A stretch of 64,000 bases of DNA, from assembly GCA_964016885.1 (NCBI GenBank), contig OZ024740.1, forward strand, positions 245,520,001 to 245,584,000, given 5' to 3'. Position numbers and translations under genes: made by a program. Shown one piece after another: positions 1-13,048 of the stretch. The notes beneath the pieces are model-generated. The model did not search any database. It had not been told where the DNA came from and worked only from the letters and a program-made list of their open reading frames with translations. Within the stretch, counting starts at the first letter, position 1, and each line of letters begins with the position of its first letter. The stretch comes from Eledone cirrhosa (lineage: Eukaryota).

Positions 1-759
1 CTTAAGTACCTTTAGGACCAGGACTTTGGTTTAAGAATTATTTCCTTCTCCTATTTCATTAGTCTCTGGGGCATGAGCTCTGCCTTTCTATCAATAACTA
101 AAGTGTAGAACACTTTAAAAAATCGTAATGTGCCGAAATTATTAGAGTTATCTTCCTTACAGAGCAAGTAAATATATATTTGTCTCCCTTAGACAGCAAG
201 TGAAAATAGAATTGTCTCCCTTACACAAAAATCGTTGCAAAGCTCAGGTCCCAAATACGGTGGGAGGGGGGGGGGGCTAATTTTTCTAGGTCAGCGGCTG
301 ACCGCAGAAAAATTTGGACATTTGCAATTTATACGTTTTATCAATAATAAAACAAAAATAATATTCGGTTAAAATATATTTTATACCCCCCCTCCCCCGC
401 CATCCTAAAATGTTTTTCCTTAATAAAGAACTAACATCCATGAAAGAATTTTACAGATATGTATCATCTATCGACAATATGACACACTTACGCTTCAGTA
501 TTGTTTCGACCATTACAAAAGTCACCCCGCTCTGCGAATACCGATTGTTTTATTCCATTTGGCTTTGATAGCTATCATTTCTTGTTTGTTCTTAGATTCA
601 AATGAAATAAACCCATAATGATTGATAAAATGTGAGTGAATATATTGCATTTCTTTAGTAATACCAAAGTAACTAATGACAATAGTAATCCTTGACTTAA
701 CAATGAATCAGAGCCTTAACAGTCCTCATCAGGCACCATTAGGAAGAACATTCGAACTG

Positions 760-2506
760 GAGGCAGAGAGAAGAAAAAACTCAAAGTATCAAGAAAATAT
801 GATTCAAACTACTTGAAATTTGGATTTATTCAAGAACCTGGTAGTGAGCTGGATCCATGACCGCTTTGTGTTGTGTGTTCTGAGAATTTATACAATGATA
901 CCATGAAACCTTTGAAACTCGGAAGACGCTTGTAACCAAAATACCCAGATTTAGCTAAAAATCACTTGGATATTTTCAAAGAATGCGTGAAAATATGCAA
1001 AAGCAAGTAAGTGCTGTAACAAAAATGACTGTTGAAGACAAATCTTTATTAAAGGCTTCTCATCTGATAGCACTTCAGGTTGTGAAAAATAAAAAGCTGT
1101 ATACGATTGGAGAAGAATTAATTAAGCCTTGCATGTTACAAGCATGTGAAGAGGTTGTGGGAAAGCAGGCTGTCCAAGATCTGAAAGTAACTCCTATGTC
1201 TGCTAACACTGCCAAGCACAGAATTGAAGACATGGCTGAAGATATTGAAAATCAAGTTATAAGAATGGTGAAAAATTCACCATATTGTTAAATTCAACTC
1301 AACGAATCAACGGACGTAAGTAACAAGGCACTTCTTTGTTTTGTGAGGGTTGAGTGTGAAGGAGTGACAGAAAGAACTACTTTGTTTGCTCAACATGCTG
1401 GGTAGAACAACTAGCTCTGAGATTTTTGAAGTTCTTAATAGTTATTTCTTGGAACACAGAATTGAATAGAAATAATTGTTTCTACTTTTGGCACAAGGCC
1501 AGCAATTAACCAGTGTATTACTGGTACTTTATTTTATTGACCCCGTACGGATGAAAGGCAAAGTTAACCTCGGCAGGATTTGAACTCAGACCGTAACTCT
1601 ATGCTACAAAGCATGGTGTCCGACTCTCTACCGATACTGCCAATCCACGAAATAATGTATTGGGATATGTACAGACAATGCTGCAAACATAACTGGACAT
1701 CTTTCAGGAATTGTTGCAAAGGTGAAAAATGTTGGTCAACCAGACTTTTTGTCTACACACTGCATAATACATTGTGAGCAGCTTACAGTGAAAAAAAGTC
1801 CCCAGAACTACACAAAGTATTATCAAATATTATTAAAATCATAAATGAAATTTGACACAAAGCACTCAATTCTTGAATACTTGAGGCACTTAGTGAAGAA
1901 ATGGGTTCCCAGTATACTCACCATCTTCTTCATGCTGAAGAGGCAAAATACTAACCAGACTTCGCTCTGTATGAAGAAGTCAAATTATTATTCCAGCAGC
2001 AAAATAATCCAAAATTTCAAGAACTCTTGTCCAATGATATATGAGAGAGGATGATGTTAACCAGCAGGTGGTAACCATTGTTCAACAGCACTTACAATCA
2101 CTCACAGAATCTTTTGATCATTATTATCCAAAGGAAGATCCTAGACATGGCAATATATGGATAATAGATCCATTTGTAGCAAACACTGAAGATAGCAATT
2201 TAAGCACAAATGAAAAAGAAAGCCTCACTGATCTAGCATCCAATGACAGTCTCAAAGCTAAATTCTAGTCATCCTTATCAAGACCTCATTTTTGGCTCTT
2301 CATAAAATGTGAATAACCATTGTTGAGTGAAAAAGCAATGAAAATTTTCAATTCAATTTTCAACATCATTTTCACCTGTCACAGCAATTAAAACTTTGTA
2401 CCGGTCTCAGCTTGAAATAAAAAATGGCTCTCCATTTTGCAGTAACGTCATTGGAGCCAAAAATCCATGAACTTATTTCAAACAAGCAGGAACAAATATC
2501 ACACTA
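760..2506 (+). mobile_element. Decayed hAT (Buster/Charlie, ZBED5/SCAND3-like) transposase
   Basis: RKYDSNYLKFGFI near 791; ORF 983-1291 (KASHLIALQVVKNKKLYTIGEELIKPC...SANTAKHRIEDMAEDIENQV); CIGICTD after the SINE; C-terminal EPKIHELISNKQEQISH* ending 2506. Multiple stops/frameshifts; TIRs not identified. Confidence 0.85.
1477..1648 (-). mobile_element. tRNA-derived SINE (family 2) inserted in the hAT transposase
   Basis: Reverse complement of copies at 16620, 19159 and 37596 (GAGTTCAAATCC B box, ...CTTTGCCTTTCATCC...). Flanked by the direct repeat GAAATAAT (1469-1476/1649-1656). Confidence 0.85.
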
Positions 2507-2603
2507 AAAATATGTAATACTTAAATAAACTTCAATTATTTTGTTAGAAACTAACTTTAACAATTTTGTTACAATTAAACAAGCTTTAAAGATTTTGTTA
2601 TGA

Positions 2604-3575
2604 TTCATCATCATCATCATTATCATCACCATTTTACGTCCATTCTTCCACGCTAGCACAGGTTGTCCTGTTGTGGGTGATGTTAGGTCGGGTGACCTTG
2701 TCTTGCTCATATGGGAACTGATTTGGGCTTGATTTCTTCAGCTGGATGCCCTTCCTAACACCAACCTCATTTACAGTGAGTGCTGGGTGCTTTTTTTTTT
2801 TCGTGGCGCCTACACGACCACTTTACAGTGGACTGGGTGCTTTTTTGTTGTGACACCTCCACAACCACTTTGCAGTGGAAGGGGATGGGGGCATATTGTC
2901 TATATGTTTCAGCTTTGGCTTGTTCCAATGGGAAGTTGGGTCTTCTGTATTACAGCATGACACCAGAGGTCACGATCCTGTGTCATCGCCATTGAGAGGT
3001 GCAATTGGGCAAGTTCCGCTTTTATCACCTCATCCCAGGTCTTCTTGGGTCTCCCCACTCCATGGCTTCCATCAACTTTTAGTGCTCTGCACCTTTTTAT
3101 GCAGCTGTCATCCTTCATACGCATCACATGTCCATACTAACGCAACCTCCTCTCCTGCACACAGCATTTGATTCCTCTTATGCTCAGTCTCTCTCTCAGT
3201 TCGTTTATGCTTTGCCGTTCACGTATATTACTATTACACATCCATCGGAGCATGCAAGCTTTGTTTCTTTCTAATCTACGCAAGTCATCTACACACAGCG
3301 TCCAGGTCTCACTACCATATAACATTGCTGTTTGTATGCACGCATCATACAGTCTGCCTTTCATTTTGAGGGAAAAGCCTTTTGCAACTAGCAGTGGTAG
3401 TAGCTCCCTGAACTTCTTCCATCCCGTTCTTGCCCTGGTTACTGTACTTTCAGAACACCCACCTAGATAGCAGAAACTGTCTACTGTTTCTACAGAGCCC
3501 TCCCAGAGTTTAGTAGTGCTTGTATCCTGTGGCCTGTTTGCTGCTACATGTAAAGCCTACCTTCCTATCTAAGCT
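2604..3575 (-). mobile_element. 5'-truncated RTE LINE (family A) with 3'UTR and (GAT)n tail
   Basis: Minus ORFs 3137-3364 and 2909-3127 match the RTE C-terminus (LYDAC..AML.GSETW, GRPKKTW); (CAT)n at ~2604-2630. Confidence 0.9.
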
Positions 3576-5175
3576 TCCTGAGATTATCTGGTGGGCTCTT
3601 AGAAAACTAGGTGTTGATGAATGGCTTGTGAGAGCTATACAAGGCATGTATAAAGAAACAGTCAGCAAGGTTAGAATTAACAATGAATATAGTGAAGAGT
3701 TTAGCGTAAAAGTTGGTGTTCATCAGGGCTCCGTTCTTAGCCCCCTACTATTTATTATTGCCCTTCAGGCTATAACAGTGGAGTTCAAGACCGGCTGCCC
3801 ATGGGAACTCCTATACGCAGATGATCTAACACTCATAGCTGAATCAATAGCTGAACTAGAGAAGAAATTCCAAACATGGAAGCATGGCCTACAATTAAAA
3901 GGCCTTAAAATTAACCTGTCTAAGACTAAAGTTCTAGTTTGTAGGAAGGAAAATAGGGCACCGGTCCCATCTGGGAAATGGCCATGCTCAGTGTGTAGGA
4001 AAGGAGTAGGCAGAAACTCCATTTTATGTCCCAAATGCAAAGCATGGGTGCATAAAAGATGTAGTGGGATCACAGGTAAGCTAACTAAGAATATAGATTT
4101 TATATGTGGCCGGTGCTCTGGTGCAATAAGTAGCAACAAGTGCCCACAAAATACTAGCTCATTCCATTGCACAGATGGTTCTATAGAAATAGTGAACACC
4201 TTCCGTTACTTGGGTGACAAAATCAGCAGCGGTGGAGGGTGCTCTGAAAGTACAGTAGCTAGAGTCAGAACGGGATGGAAAAAGTTCAGAGAGCTTATAC
4301 CACTATTGGCCGCTAAAGGGTTCTCTCTAAAAATGAAAGGCAGGCTGTATGATGCCTGCATACGAACAACAATGTTACATGGCAGTGGGACTTGGGCATT
4401 ATGTGCAGAGGATATACGCAGACTGGAGAGGAACGAAGCTTGCATGCTCCTCTGGATGTGTAATAGTAATATACGTGAACGGCAAAGCATAAATGAACTA
4501 AGTGAGAAATTAGGAATAAGAGGGATCAGATGTTGTTTACTCGAGAGAAGACTACGTTGGTACGGTCACGTAATGCGTATGAAAGACGACAGCTGTATAA
4601 AAAAGTGCAGGGCGATAAAAATTGACGGAAGTTATGGAGTAGGCAGACCCAGAAAAACCTGGGACGACTTGATAAATTCCGACCTCACACACTTACACCT
4701 CTCCAAGACAATGTCACTGGACCGAGATCTTTGGCGCTACACAGTAATACAGAAGACCCGCCTCGCCTAAGTACAAAGCGAAACCTACAGTCAGTAGGCA
4801 CCTCTAACAAAAACACACTCCCCGTCCCACTACCCCCACCCCATCCACACCACCCCTTTCAATGTAAAGTTATGTTGGTACCACAACATCCAGTCCGAAA
4901 CAAATGAGGTCTTGTACGTGTCACGACAAAAAAACACATAGTCCACGCTGTAATGTGGCCGTGTAGGTAACACGGTAAAAACCTCCCAGTTCCACACTGT
5001 AAACGTGGTTGGTGTTAGGAAGGGCATCCAGCCATAGAAAACCCGCCAAACAGTCCTATACGAGCAAGACAACCAATCTTGCCTCAAGTGGGAAAATTCC
5101 CATCCAAACCCATGCAAGCGTGGAAGATGGACGTTAAATGATGATGATGGTGATGATGATGATGATGATAATGAT
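3574..5175 (+). mobile_element. 5'-truncated RTE LINE (family A), RT with embedded PHD finger
   Basis: ORF to 4770 with GVHQGSVLSPLLF, YADD, FRYLG and GRPRKTW; structured 3'UTR; (GAT)n tail. Confidence 0.95.
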
Positions 5176-5179
5176 CCCA

Positions 5180-6116
5180 CTAGCGCAGTTCTTTTGGGAA
5201 AACAAGTGGGAAACTTCTTTCAGAGAACTGTTGCCATGAGACAGGGTTGCATACTTTCACACACGTTGTTCAACCTGTTTTTAGAGTAAATCATGCAAGA
5301 AACCCTGCAAAATGTAGGTCACAGACCCGTCTGTAACCTTCATTTTGCAGATGACATTGACCTCATAGCAGGCAGTAACAACGAGCTCCAAGACTTGACC
5401 AACAAACTTGTTGAAAGAGCCGGAGCATATGGAATGGAGGTCAGATCTGAGAAATCCAAAGTAATGGTGAATAGCACAAGTAGCACCTCTGTCAACATTA
5501 CCATGAATGGACATTCATTGAAAGAAGTGTCCAGTTTCAAATACTTGGGGGCAGTCTTGTCAAAAGATGGTACCTGCCATGCAGAAATCCACACACGGAT
5601 TGCCACAGCTAAGGCACTGATGACCAAATTGGTAAGAATATGGAGGAGCAAAATCAGTTTTCAGATCAAGTACAGATTGTACAAATCACTGGTAGTCTCC
5701 ATCCTCCTATATGGGTGTGAGACCTGGACACTTTTGGCAGAAACAGAGGGGAGGATCCAGGTGTTTGAGGACAAATGCATGAGAAAACTCCTTCGTATTT
5801 CCTATTGAAAACATAAAATCAATGAATATGTGTGGAGAAAAGTTGAAAGTTTTGTAAGTCACCAGGAACCTCTTCTCACCACTGTCACATGACAGCCTGT
5901 GCAAGACCATCATGCAAGGCACCATTGAATGTGGATGCATGAGGGGGTCACCAACACAAAAACTGGTTGGACAAAATCAAAGAATGGACGCACATGACTA
6001 CTCCAGATTTGCTGACGGCCACCGTTGATAGACTATTTTGATTGTATGCTGCTTCTGCCTTCGGATCCTCCGACGACTACAGAAGTCAAGGGACTGATGA
6101 TGATGATGATGATGAT
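5180..6116 (+). mobile_element. RTE LINE fragment of a different (BovB-like, PHD-less) family
   Basis: RQGCILS.TLFN, FADD, FKYLG, LLYGCETW in and around ORF 5293-5808; (GAT)n tail at ~6096-6116. Confidence 0.85.
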
Positions 6117-6339
6117 ATATATATATATACCATACTTCAGAGAAACTATGGGTTGGCATCAGAAAGAGCACCGAGCTGTAAAAAATTTGTCCCCAAAAAT
6201 CTCATGCAAGCATAGAGAAAGCAAATGTAATATACATATATATATATATATCTCCCTTAAGCCATCACATTTCGTTCTCTCTCTCTCATTTATTCCGGTT
6301 TATTTTATTGCTGTTTATTCCTAAATCTCCTATGATGAT

Positions 6340-9300
6340 GATATATGTGTGCTGGCTGCCTATCTCTCTCACAATTCCCCTGCCACCCACCCCCACTCAC
6401 CACCATAAGCTATTCGACCAATCAAACCTCAACCCATTATCAGCCCCAACAAACACTACTACTACTACTACTACTGCCCTCCTAGGCCTTACCAGCCCCA
6501 ACAAACTCTGCCATTACTACTACTACTGTCCTTCTAGCCCTGCACTAAATAATAATTGATATCTATGAATGAGCTGGGGATAAATGGAACAACCCCGAAT
6601 TAATAAATGAATATGAATCCGCGAGTTACCAAGCACCCATGCAAAGCTTCAATCTAGAGACAGGTTGCATACACCTCCCCCCACAAAAATTTATCCCACT
6701 CAGAGTTGGAACCATCAATGTAAGCACAATGAAAAGAAGAGCAGGAGAAATTGTAGAGATGCTAGAGCGAAAGGAAATTGATGTATACTGTGTGCAAGAG
6801 ACTAGATGGAGAGGAGAGTCTGCTAGAGTCCTTGTAGGCAAAAGTCAATGCTACAAATTTTTCTGGGTGGGAAATAACAACGGGATGGGAGGGGTAGGTA
6901 TACTATTAGCTGACAAATGGGTTGATAAGGTAATCTCAGTGAACAGGGTGAATGCAAGAATCATTAAACTCAGACTAGTCCTGAATAAAACAATTACCAC
7001 AATAATATCAGCTTACGCACCCCAATCGGGGTTGCCAGACAAACTTAAGGATAGATTTTAAGAGTTCCTAATGCACACTACTGCCCTAAGCGACAATGAC
7101 TTCCTAATCATTGCAAGAGATTTCAATGGACACGTTGGTAAACACCAAGACGGCTTCTATAGAGTCCATGGCACAAGAAATGAAGAAGGCTTCAGACTTC
7201 TAGAATTCTGTGATGCCAATGACATGTCGATATGTAACACAAACTTCAAAAAACCTGACAACCATCTGATTACCTATAGATCAGGGGAGCATTCTAGTCA
7301 GATAGATTTTATTCTCATCAGAGGGCGTGATAGATGGACGGTTGTAAACACAAAAGCCTTCCCTGGTGAGGAATGTACCTCCCTACATAACTTAGTTGTC
7401 AGCGACCTCGCTGTCAAAACTAGACGAACTTGGAAACAGAAGGCAACCTGGAGAAGAAAGATCTGGAAGCTGAAAGACCCCTCAGTCAGTAACAGGTTTA
7501 AAGATATTCTACTCGACGCCTATGACAGTAAAAAAGAATAGATACAGACATTCAATGTAGAAGAGCACTGGGAGTTCCTAAAAAATAACTTACTAATGGC
7601 GACGGACGAGATCTGTGGTTGGAGCAAGTCCACAGGGTAGAGGAGAGTGACTTGGTGGTGGAACAATAATGTAGATGAGGCAGTTAAGACTAAGAGACAG
7701 GCATGGAAAGAATGGAAGAATGGTGGTAGCAGGGTACATTACATAGAGACCAGGAGGGAAGCTAGACAACAAGTATACTTAGCTAGAAAGAAAGCAGAGG
7801 ATAGAAAATTCAAGCATGTTTTGCAACATGAAGACCAGAAACAGGAGGATTGCAAGGCAGTGTGTCAGAGAGAATTGTGATGTCATTGGAGAGAAGTGTA
7901 TCCGGAATGATAATGGTTAGCATGCCCACACAAGTGCCGAGAAGAAAGCTGCATGGAAGAGCCATTATGAAAGATTACTAAACGAGAATGCATGGGAAAA
8001 AGAGACCCTACCCCAAGTGGACCCTATAGAGGGGCCAGCAATACAAGTCAGCAGCAGCGTAGTAAGTAAGACAAAGATATGAAGACAGGGAAGGCAACCG
8101 ATCCATCGGGCATAGCTGCCGAGATGCTGAAGGCATCTGGGTCGGTAGGTCACACCATAACCACACAAATTGTTAACCAGGTAATACTAGAGGGTATCAC
8201 ACCAAAGGATTGGTGCAGCAGCATCATTGTCAATTGCTACAAAGGTAAAGGTGATGCACTAGATAGAGGAAACTATAGAGGTATAAAGCTGATGGACCAG
8301 GTCATGAAAGTAACGGAAAGAGTTATAGCACAGTTGATTAGGGACCGGGTGGAACTAGATGAGATGCAATTTGGGTTTGTACCAGGAAAAGACACCACTG
8401 ATGCCCTCTTCCTTGTGAGGCAGTTACAGGAAAAGTACCTAGCTAAAAGTAAGCTGCTCTACCTGGCATTCGTCAATCTGGAAAAAGCCTTCAACAGAGT
8501 CCCCTGTGCTATAATCTGGTGGGCTCTTAGAAAATTAGGAGTAGATGAATGGCTTGTGAAAGCTGTACAAGCCATGTATAGAGGAGCAGTCAGCAAAGTT
8601 AGAGTTAGCAATGATTATAGCGAGGAATTTAGCATACAGGTCGGTGTCCACTAGGGCTCTGTTCTTAGCCCTCTCTTGTTCATTATAGTTTTGCAGGCAA
8701 TAACGGAGGAGTTTAAGACCGGATGCCCATGGGAACTCCCGTGTGCGGATGATCTCACACTTATAGCTGAATCCATGGTGGAGCTAGAGAAGAAATTCCA
8801 AACATGGAAGCAGGACTAGAAAGAAAGTGTCTCAAAGTCAACCTGACAAAGTCTAAGGTTCTTGTAAGTAAACAAGAAAACAGAACCCAGATTCCCTCAG
8901 GGAAATGGCCTTGCTCAATATGTAGGAAAGGTGTAGGTCGGAACTCCATCCTCTGCCCCAAATGCAAACAATGGGTACACAAGAGATGTAGTGGGATCTC
9001 AGGAAGTTTAACTAAGAATGTAGGCTTCATATGTAGCAGCTGCGCTGGGACAGCAAGCAGCAAACAACCACAGGAAACAAGCACCACCAAACTCTGGGCG
9101 AGCTCTGTAGAGACAGTAGACAGCTTCTGCTACCTAGGTGACCGAATTAGCAGTGGAGATGGGTGTTCGGAAAGTACAATAACTAGGGTAAGAACAGGAT
9201 GGAAGAAGTTCAGGGCGCTACTGCCACTGCTAGCTGCAAAAGGCTTTTACCTCAAAATGAAAGGCAGACTGTATGATGCATGTATACGAACAGCAATGTT

Positions 9301-10026
9301 ACATGGAAGTGAAACCTGGGCGCTGTCTGTAGAAGACTTGCGTAGATTAGAAAGAAATGAAGCTTGCATGCTCTGATGGATGTGTAATAGTAATATACGC
9401 GAACGGCAAAGTATAAATGAATTGAGAGAGAGACTGAGCATCAGAGGAATCAAATGCTGTGTGCAGGAGAGGAGATTACGTTGGTATGGACATGTGATGC
9501 ATATGAAGGATGACAGCTGCATAAAAAGGTTAAGAGCACTAGAAGTCGATGGAAGCCGCGGAGTGGGGAGACCCAAGAAGACCTGGGATGAGGTGATAAA
9601 GGCCAACCTTACCCAATTGCACCTCTCAAGAGCAATGACACATGACCGTGACCTCTGGCGTCACGCAGTAATACAGAAGACCCGACCCCCCCCCACAGGA
9701 ACAAGCCGAAGCTGAAGCATATAGACAATATGCTCCCACACCCTCCCACTACAAAGAGGTCGTGGAGGAGCCACGGCAAAAAAGCACCCAGCCCACACTG
9801 TAAAGTGGACGTGTAGGCGCCACAGAAAAAAGCAGCCAGCACTCACTGTAAATGAGGTTGGTGTTAGGAAGGACATCCAACTGTAGAAATCAAGCCAGAA
9901 TTAGTTCCTGTATGAGCAAGACAAGGTCAGCCGACTGGACACTGCTCACAACAGGACAACCCGTCTAACCCATGCTAGCATTGAAGAACGGACGTAAACG
10001 ATGATGATGATGATGATGATGATGAT
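6340..10026 (+). mobile_element. Near full-length but disrupted RTE LINE (family A): APE endonuclease + RT + PHD
   Basis: APE motifs GTINV, VQETRW, SAYAPQ, DFNGH, QIDFIL, HNLVV (6639-7541); RT 8079-8770; PHD 8912-9043; C-terminus to 9715; 3'UTR and (GAT)n tail. Several stops/frameshifts; 5' boundary approximate. Confidence 0.93.
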
Positions 10027-10219
10027 ATATATAGACACACAAGTTTCAGACTCAGTTTCCATACCAAATTACATTCACAAGGCATTTGTAAGCTCTGAAA
10101 TTTGAAATTGAAAGACAAACTAAGATGAAACAAATGTCAATAAAAAAAGCAGAAAATATATTTACATAAATGAAAAATACAAAGAATGAGATGAAAATGA
10201 CAACAGTTTCAGTTTTGAA

Positions 10220-10396
10220 CTATTTGGTTGTTGCATATTTAATTTCATCAAAAGCCTTCCTGGCTTTCCTTAATTCTTCATTCATTGTTAGTAGTTCCTT
10301 CACACGGGAATACTTTTTGGCATCTTTCCGAATGAGAAATATGATATCTTCAACCTGAATCCGACCAGGACGTCCAACTTCCATAGCTTTTTTAGT
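10220..10396 (-). CDS. TAF13: TFIID subunit 13, coding exon 4 (last)
   Basis: CAG acceptor 10397-10399; TKKAMEVGRPGRIQVEDIIFLIRKDAKKYSRVKELLTMNEELRKARKAFDEIKYATTK*, the conserved TAF13 C-terminus. Confidence 0.97.
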   Translation of the reverse strand, partial: TKKAMEVGRPGRIQVEDIIFLIRKDAKKYSRVKELLTMNEELRKARKAFDEIKYATTK

Positions 10397-11205
10397 CTGG
10401 AAGATATAAAGAAGAAAATCCCAAAATATGAAACTGTAATTATATTTATTGTGAAAATGTAATTCCAAATATTAAAGACTACATTATCATCATCATTGTT
10501 TTTATGTCTGCTTTTCCATGTTGGTATGGATTGGACAGCTTATCATGGGCTGACGACCATATCTCGTACATTCTATTTTTGTCCTGGTTTCTACAGCTGC
10601 ATGTCCTTCCTAACATTAATCACTTTACAGAGTGCACTGGAGGCATTTTATCATGACACCAAGACTGAAGAGGTTATGTCCTCAACACGATGAAAGGATC
10701 CTCTCTACCCTACATTTATGTTATTTAATCACCAATCACCAACTACTTTACAGGGTGTACTGAGTGTCTGGTATCTTGCAAAACTGAAGAGTTCTCCCTA
10801 CTCTATGTTGTAGCTGTTCATCCAAGGTAACATGGCAGTAAGAATAAAAAAGTGACAAATAGGATGTATAATAGAGTTGACTCTACTACCAGTGAGTTCA
10901 CCTATCCGGTAAATGTTATAAGCAGTAGTAATAAAATTGACATAGCATAAATCCTAGTAGGATTCACCCTAACATATACAACATGTTTATGTATAATAAA
11001 CAATTTTTTAGTCTTGCTATGAGATTTTTTATAAGCCACAATTATCTCAGAAACAAAGGGAGAAACTATGTGTGGAGAGATGCTATGCTGAAAAGGGTCT
11101 GTCCAACCCATGCAAGCATGGAAACATGGACGTAAAAACGATGATAATGATGTCCACAAAGAGAGGTATAGTCAAACGCTATTTATATAAAACACAAGCT
11201 AAGTC

Positions 11206-11350
11206 TTAACCGGCATGGTTAGTCTAATTTGCATAATGTACATTTGTTGCAGTGTAATTAATTAAAAAGTGAATGATACAATTAATGAATATTCATCATT
11301 TAATTAACCATACTGATGACAAATGCAAATTAGACTAACCATTTCAGTTA
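11206..11350. mobile_element. MITE-like foldback
   Basis: Inverted termini ATGGTTAGTCTAATTTGCAT / ATGCAAATTAGACTAACCAT with outer TTAAC/GTTAA. Confidence 0.6.
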
Positions 11351-11633
11351 AATCCTAAAATCAGAAAAACTTTTTTAGTTTGGAAGTTATAAAGTAAAAT
11401 TTTATAAGTGTTTGTAAAATGTTAGAGCTGATGCCAGATAATGCACTCCTACATTCTGTAAGGTGGAAGGACATCCACTCATAGAAACCATACAAAATAT
11501 GGAACATATTAGCAAGATGAGGTCACTTGGTCCTGCCAGGTCTCGACCTGTCCAAACAATGCCAGCATGGAAGAAAGGTGTTAAATATTGATGATGATGT
11601 TTGGTGCATTTTTAATCAAAAAAAATTTCTTAC

Positions 11634-11731
11634 CATTTCAGTGATATATTCAACAACAAGGTCCTCAAGAAGATCAACTGATTCTGTGTAAGGGTTTTGA
11701 TCATCCCCAAATCCATACATCATACATCGTA
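11634..11731 (-). CDS. TAF13: TAF13 coding exon 3
   Basis: (L)RCMMYGFGDDQNPYTESVDLLEDLVVEYITEM, the histone-fold signature; CAGCAG acceptor, GTAAG donor, 98 nt, phases fit. Confidence 0.97.
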
Positions 11732-12054
11732 CTGCTGCAAAACAGAACAATGTGAACTAAAAATAAGTTCTAAATATCATAAGAAATGTAAAGAGCCATA
11801 AACATGCAGGTACTGTGAAGAAGTTTACTTTGCAACCACATGGTTTCAAATTCAATCTCACTGTATGGCAATTTGGACAAGTGTTTTCTACTATAAATGC
11901 GTTGTAAGCAAACTTGAAATCAAGTGCCCTGCCTAAGATTACAACATACTTAGTCCAAGAATTAAACCCACAACCTCGTGAACTTTGAGTTCAACACCCT
12001 ACTATTAAGCTACGCAAGCTTGATCCAACAGTTTCAAACAAGATTATTAAATAA

Positions 12055-13023
12055 TCTATATATATAAAACTGTGGTTGTCTGTCTGTCTATCGATTTTTG
12101 GCACACATCTCCTCTTAGAATCTCTGACGGAATTGCACCGAAATTGCTATACTTGTACATTGAGCCCTAGCGAAGACATCGGAAAAAAAATATTTCAAAT
12201 TGACCCACCCTATGTGACGAAATCGAATATAATGTATCGATTTTTGAGCGTAAGTTATCAGTTATTTCCCTTTGTTCTGTTTACATTGAGCGTCTTACGT
12301 AAAAAATTACGCTGGCTTTCTCAGCGTTTAAAATGACATTAACACAATACACGAACAGTTGTCGAGCCAGCAAAATATTGACCTGCAAAATTCATCAGTT
12401 CGAACACTAAGCTTCCGTTTTGCTTCATTTCCATTTAAAAGCATTTTAAAACAATATTTTTACTTGAAAACAAGTCTATTTAAAGACTACGTAAAACAAG
12501 CAAATATTTCGTCGTTAGGCGTGCAGACAGACAGTCGTGCAGAGAGGTGATATACGCGTGCAGACAGACAGTCGTGCAGAGAGGTGATATAGGCGTGCAG
12601 ACAGACAGTCGTGCAGAGAGGTGATATAGGCGTGCAGACAGACAGTCGTGCAGAGAGGTGATATAGGCGTGCAGACAGACAGTCGTGCAGAGAGGTGATA
12701 TAGGCGTGCAGACAGACATAACTGATAATTTGGTTACGCTAATGTTTTTCTCTGCGTTGCAGTGTTTACATTTTCGATCTTTGTTAATAAATAACCAGTG
12801 CAGTTTTTATCCCCAGCATCCTCTTTTGTTATAACATTCGGGTTATCGTTATGTTTTCTTAACTTCATAAGGCATATTGTTGGTTGAGGGAATATTAATC
12901 AAAAACACCACATGCAAGTCTGCACAGTAGACACTACAGTTTTTAAGCCAAAAAAGAAACTTAACATTGTAACTTTAACACAGCTACTGAGCGACCCCGA
13001 GCAACGCCGGGCTTTACTGCTAG
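12055..13023 (+). mobile_element. Non-autonomous Helitron
   Basis: A|TC start (TCTATATATATAAAACTG), 3' hairpin CCCG-AGCAACGC-CGGG then CTAG|T; no TSD. Confidence 0.85.
12516..12718. repeat. 37-bp minisatellite, ~5.5 units, inside the Helitron
   Basis: Unit TAGGCGTGCAGACAGACAGTCGTGCAGAGAGGTGATA, nearly perfect, no spacers. Confidence 0.95.
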
Positions 13024-13048
13024 TATTCTATAAAATAAAATAAAACTG

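Noticed and set aside
10397-10468. N-terminal parts of ORF-track proteins at 10220, 20871, 35083 and 41945
   Set aside because: Intronic read-through upstream of the splice acceptors; only the exon portions match TAF13/TIPRL.
12516-12718. 37-bp repeats as a CRISPR array
   Set aside because: Units are contiguous with no spacers, in eukaryotic DNA with no cas genes.
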